DNA from: Longivirga aurantiaca
GTDB taxonomy: Bacteria > Actinomycetota > Actinomycetes > S36-B12 > CAIYMF01
Length of the DNA: 32,000 nt
Assembly (NCBI RefSeq): GCF_042660085.1
Contig: NZ_JBHSTI010000008.1
Location: 1,659,876 to 1,691,875, forward strand
Direction of reading: 5' to 3'
Part shown: positions 28,279 to 32,000 of the stretch, piece by piece
Position numbering within the stretch: position 1 is the stretch's first letter
How the letters are laid out: every line of letters begins with the position of its first letter
Program-made: the position numbers and the translations under genes
The notes under the pieces: generated by a model
Told to the model about the DNA's origin: nothing
Seen by the model: the letters and a program-made list of their open reading frames with translations, nothing else
Databases searched by the model: none

Positions 28279-28438
28279 GCATCCCGCCGACCTGCAGCGT
28301 CGCCCGCGCGCAGTACCGCGCCATGTACGGCGTGACGGTCCGCGGCATGCGACGAGCGCGCGGGCGGGACGACCGAGCATCCGCCGAGCTACGAGACGGC
28401 GGGGCGGTCGGTCATGCGCCGTCCGGTGCATGGTGGGG

Positions 28439-30142
28439 CTAGACCCGGGCGAGCTCCTCGCGCAGGACCGAGAGGCCCACCGATCCCAGCGCCAGCGCCC
28501 GCATGTGCCAGGCCTTGAGGTCGAACGACTCCCCTGCTGCGGCCTGGGCGTCTGCGCGCGCGGCGAGCCACTCACGCTCCCCGACCTTGTAGCAGATGGC
28601 CTGGCCGGGCAGCCCGAGATAGCGGTCGATCTCGCTGGCCGCGAAGGCCGGCGTCTGCAGGCCGCGCACCCGCAGGAAGTCGCGTGCGATGTCGGCGTCC
28701 CAGACCCGGCCGCGCGGATCGGCGGCCAGGCCCTCGACGAGCACCGGGTCGATGTCGGCGGGGATCGCGAGGCCCAGGTGCAGGCCGATGTCGATCACCA
28801 CGCGGGCGGCGCGCAGCGCCTGGTTGGAGAGGTAGCCCAGCTCGGTCGCGGCCTCGGAGAAGTAGCCGAGCTCGTCCATGAGCCGCTCGGCGTACAGCGC
28901 CCAGCCCTCGCCGTTGCCGGAGATGAACTCCATCCGCTGGAACCGCGAGAGCCGGTCGGTCTGGGTCTTCACGTAGCCGAGCTGCAGGTGGTGGCCCGGA
29001 ACGGCCTCGTGGTACCAGACCGACAGGAGCCACCACTTCCGGAACGAGGTGTCGACCACCGGCAGCCAGGTGCGGCCAGGGCGGCTGAAGTCCTCGCTCG
29101 GTGCGGTGTAGTACGGCGCTGCCGCGGCGCCGGCGGGCGCCAGCATCGCCTCGCACCGCAGCATCTGGTCGGGGATGTCGAAGTACGTGCCGTTGAACGA
29201 CGCGGTCGTCCCGTCGGTGACCTGCTGCAGCCAGGCGCGGGCGTCCTCGGCGCCCTCGATCGTCCACTCGGGGTCGGCGTCGAGGCGTTCCATCGCCTCG
29301 AACGGGGTCACCCCGCCGTAGAGGCGGGCGGCGCAGTCGTTCATGCGCCGGGTGATCTCGGCGAGGTCGGCCCAGCCCCAGGCGTACGTCTCCTGCGGGT
29401 CGATGTCGGTGCCGCTGTAGACGCGCGCCATCGTGCGGTAGACGTCGGCACCGACGCCGTCCTCGTCGACCGCGGCGTCGGCGTACGTGCCGCGCATCCA
29501 GTCGGCGAGGTCGGCGTACGCCGCCGTGGCGGCGGCTGCGGACGCCTCGAGCCGCGCGCGCAGCGCGTCGTCGTCGCCGGCGTAGCCCGCGACGTAGGTG
29601 CCGAACCAGGGCGTGGGCTCCGTGCCGGCCGAGGCCTCCCTCCCGGCGCACACCGCCGCCATCTGCGCCGCCCCGAGCACCTGCCGGCGCGCGGGCAGCA
29701 CGCCCTCGGCGATCCCCGCCTCGTACGCCTCGCGCAGGCCGGCGAGCGCGCCCGGCACCTGCTCGAGGCGGGCGGCGATGACGGCCCAGTCGGCGTCGTC
29801 CGCCGTCGGCATCATCGTGAACACGTTGCGGTTGTGCTGCACCGGGCAGCCGAGCACGTTGACGTCGCGCAGGTGCAGCCGCAGGTCGTGGACCGCGAGC
29901 CGCGACTCGAGCCGCTCGCGCATCACGGCGACCGCGAGCCGGTCGTCGTCGTTCTCGACCGGCAGCGTGTCGAGCTCGGCCAGCCAGCCGCGCGCCTGCT
30001 CGGCGCGGGCGTCGTACGCCGCGGGCGACTGATCGGTGAGCAGGTGGTCGAACCCGGGCACGCCCATGTACGTGGCGAAGATCGGGTGCCCTGCGGCCGT
30101 CCCGTCGACGATGCGGGACGCGAGGTCGAACACCTGGCTCAT
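28439..30142 (-). CDS. DUF885 family protein (predicted metallopeptidase-like)
   Basis: MSQVFDLASRIVDGTAAGHPIFATYMGVPGFDHLLTDQSP...LLSVWYHEAVPGHHLQLGYVKTQ with HExxxGHH. Confidence 0.92.
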   Translation of the reverse strand: MSQVFDLASRIVDGTAAGHPIFATYMGVPGFDHLLTDQSPAAYDARAEQARGWLAELDTLPVENDDDRLAVAVMRERLESRLAVHDLRLHLRDVNVLGCPVQHNRNVFTMMPTADDADWAVIAARLEQVPGALAGLREAYEAGIAEGVLPARRQVLGAAQMAAVCAGREASAGTEPTPWFGTYVAGYAGDDDALRARLEASAAAATAAYADLADWMRGTYADAAVDEDGVGADVYRTMARVYSGTDIDPQETYAWGWADLAEITRRMNDCAARLYGGVTPFEAMERLDADPEWTIEGAEDARAWLQQVTDGTTASFNGTYFDIPDQMLRCEAMLAPAGAAAAPYYTAPSEDFSRPGRTWLPVVDTSFRKWWLLSVWYHEAVPGHHLQLGYVKTQTDRLSRFQRMEFISGNGEGWALYAERLMDELGYFSEAATELGYLSNQALRAARVVIDIGLHLGLAIPADIDPVLVEGLAADPRGRVWDADIARDFLRVRGLQTPAFAASEIDRYLGLPGQAICYKVGEREWLAARADAQAAAGESFDLKAWHMRALALGSVGLSVLREELARV

Positions 30143-31932
30143 GCGGTGGCCTTCTTCCGGGACGACGGGCGGGCTGGGCTCGCGATCTGCGCCGCGCGTT
30201 CGGCGGCGGCGAGGTCGAGCAGCTCCTGGGCGTGGGCGGCGGCGGACGCCGACCCCTCGAGACCCGCGAGCATCCGGCCGAGCTCGCGCACGCGCTCGGC
30301 ATCGTCGAGCACGGTGAGACCCGAGGTGGTGACGCTGCCGTCGTCGCTCTTGACGACCACGACGTGCCTGTCGGCGAACGCCGCGACCTGCGGCAGATGC
30401 GTGACGACGACGACCTGCGCGGAGCGGGCGAGCCGCGCGAGGCGGCGTCCGACCTCGACCGCGGCGCGGCCACCGACACCGGCGTCGACCTCGTCGAACA
30501 CCAGCGTCGGCACCGACTCCGATCCTGCGAACACGACCTCGACGCCGAGCATCACGCGGGAGAGCTCGCCGCCGCTCGCGCCCTTCGCGATCGGTCGGGC
30601 CGGCGCGCCGGTGTGCGGACACAGCAGCAGCTCGACCTCGTCGACGCCGGAGGGCCCGAAGGCCAGCCGTCGGGTGGCGCCGCCGATCTCGACGTCGATG
30701 CCGTCCGGGTGCTCGAGGTGCCGCACGTCGACCGAGAGCACCGCGTGCGGCATCGCGAGCTCGGCGAGCTCGGAGGTCACCAGCGCCGAGAACCGCACCG
30801 CGGCCTCCGACCGCGCCGCCGACACGGCGGCGGCGAGCCGTCCGAGCTCTGCGCGCAGCCGATCGCGCTCCGCGGTCAGAGCCCCGACCTGCTCGTCGTC
30901 CGCATCGAGCGTGAGCAGGCGGCCCGCGGCCTCCTCGGCCCAGGCCAGCACGTCGTCGACCGTGGCGCCGTACTTGCGGGTCAGCCCGCCCAGCGCGGCC
31001 CGCCGGTCCTCCACCGCAGCGAGGCGCAGCGGATCGCTCTCGACCCCTGCGGCGTACGACGCCAGCTCGGCGGCGACGTCGGCGAGCGCGGCCGAGGCGT
31101 CGGCGAGGCGGTCGGCGAGCGAGCCGAGCTCGGAGTCGTGCTCGCGCTGCGCGTCGAGCGCGCGCCGCGCGGCGGACACGAGCGCGATGGCGTCGACCTC
31201 CGACGCGGCGCCGTCCTCGGACCGCAGCGCCGCATGGGCCTCCGACGCCGCCTCGCGCAACGACTCGGCGTGCCCCAGACGTGACGACTCGGCAGCGAGC
31301 GACTCCCCCTCGGCGGGCTGCGGGGCCACCGACTCGATCTCGGCGAGACCGTGCCGCAGCAGATCGGCCTCCTGCGCGCGCTCCCGGGCGTGCGCGGTGA
31401 TCTCGGCCAGCTCGGCCTCGACCGCGCGCAGCCGGTCGTACGCGGCCCGGTACTGCCCGCGCGGCACCAGCACGGCGTCGCCGGCGAACCGGTCGAGCGC
31501 GCCGCGCTGGCGCGCCGGGGCCAGCAGCCGCTGCTGGTCGCTCTGCCCGTGCACGGCCACGAGGTCGTCGGCGAGCTCGGCCAGGACCGACGCCGGCACC
31601 GATCGGCCGCCGAGGAACGCTCGGCTGCGACCCTCGCCCGCCACGGTGCGGGCGATGACCAGCGCGCCGTCGTCGAGGTCTCCCCCGGCGTCGGCGACGC
31701 GGTCGACGACGCGCTGCTCGCGCACCCGGAACCGGCCCTCGACCTCGGCTCGCTCGGTGCCCGGCCGGACGACGCCGGCATCGGCCTTGCCGCCGAGCAG
31801 CAGGCCGAGCCCGCTGAGCACCAACGTCTTGCCCGCCCCCGTCTCACCGGTGAGCGCGGTGAAGCCGGCGTGCGGCTCCACCACGGCGTCGTCGATGACG
31901 CCGAGGCCGCGGATCCGGATCTCCTCGATCAC
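30139..31932 (-). CDS. recN: DNA repair protein RecN
   Basis: IEEIRIRGLGVIDDAVVEPHAGFTALTGETGAGKTLVLSGLGLLLGG; GGELSRVMLGVEVVF; LVFDEVDAGVGGRAAVEVGRRLARLA. Confidence 0.97.
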   Translation of the reverse strand: MIEEIRIRGLGVIDDAVVEPHAGFTALTGETGAGKTLVLSGLGLLLGGKADAGVVRPGTERAEVEGRFRVREQRVVDRVADAGGDLDDGALVIARTVAGEGRSRAFLGGRSVPASVLAELADDLVAVHGQSDQQRLLAPARQRGALDRFAGDAVLVPRGQYRAAYDRLRAVEAELAEITAHARERAQEADLLRHGLAEIESVAPQPAEGESLAAESSRLGHAESLREAASEAHAALRSEDGAASEVDAIALVSAARRALDAQREHDSELGSLADRLADASAALADVAAELASYAAGVESDPLRLAAVEDRRAALGGLTRKYGATVDDVLAWAEEAAGRLLTLDADDEQVGALTAERDRLRAELGRLAAAVSAARSEAAVRFSALVTSELAELAMPHAVLSVDVRHLEHPDGIDVEIGGATRRLAFGPSGVDEVELLLCPHTGAPARPIAKGASGGELSRVMLGVEVVFAGSESVPTLVFDEVDAGVGGRAAVEVGRRLARLARSAQVVVVTHLPQVAAFADRHVVVVKSDDGSVTTSGLTVLDDAERVRELGRMLAGLEGSASAAAHAQELLDLAAAERAAQIASPARPSSRKKATA

Positions 31933-32000
31933 CCGCGCGTGCCTCGCCAGCCGTCGACGGGGAGGGCGAACTTCGCGACGAGCCGGTCGGTGAACGGCTT
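31929..32000 (-). CDS. nadK: NAD kinase, C-terminal fragment (runs off the window)
   Basis: Minus-strand ...KPFTDRLVAKFALPVDGWRGTRG*; stop overlaps the recN GTG start; nadK-recN synteny. Confidence 0.8.
   Translation of the reverse strand, partial: KPFTDRLVAKFALPVDGWRGTRG

Overview
This is a high-GC actinobacterial chromosomal window (Micrococcales/Cellulomonadaceae-like by gene content; inferred, not checked by search). Most of it is core genome: gcvH-DUF881-sbp-DUF881-pgsA2-like; der-plsC-cmk-tyrA-aroH-rluB-scpB-scpA-RHH-like-parA-xerD; ald/Lrp; and NUDIX-pyrG-DUF885-recN-nadK. There is one tRNA-Pro(GGG). I see no CRISPR array, transposase, integrase of phage type, or recognisable defence island. 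The most interesting accessory locus is 4282-9745: a SigE-family sigma factor, a single-TM anti-sigma-like protein, a secreted DUF4331 protein bracketed by hairpins, a membrane-anchored TPR protein, and a NicO-like metal transporter with a secreted N-domain and two His-rich stretches. Secondary observations are an orphan DnaX-C-terminal-like domain, apparent loss of steA/mctB between recN and pyrG with a coding-like Pro/Thr tail left next to pyrG, a 15-bp inverted repeat bracketing tyrA-aroH with related TTTGTCGAC motifs, and several strong hairpins. Coordinates come from the ORF track plus manual start-codon placement. No homology search was run, so family names rest on recalled motifs and synteny.
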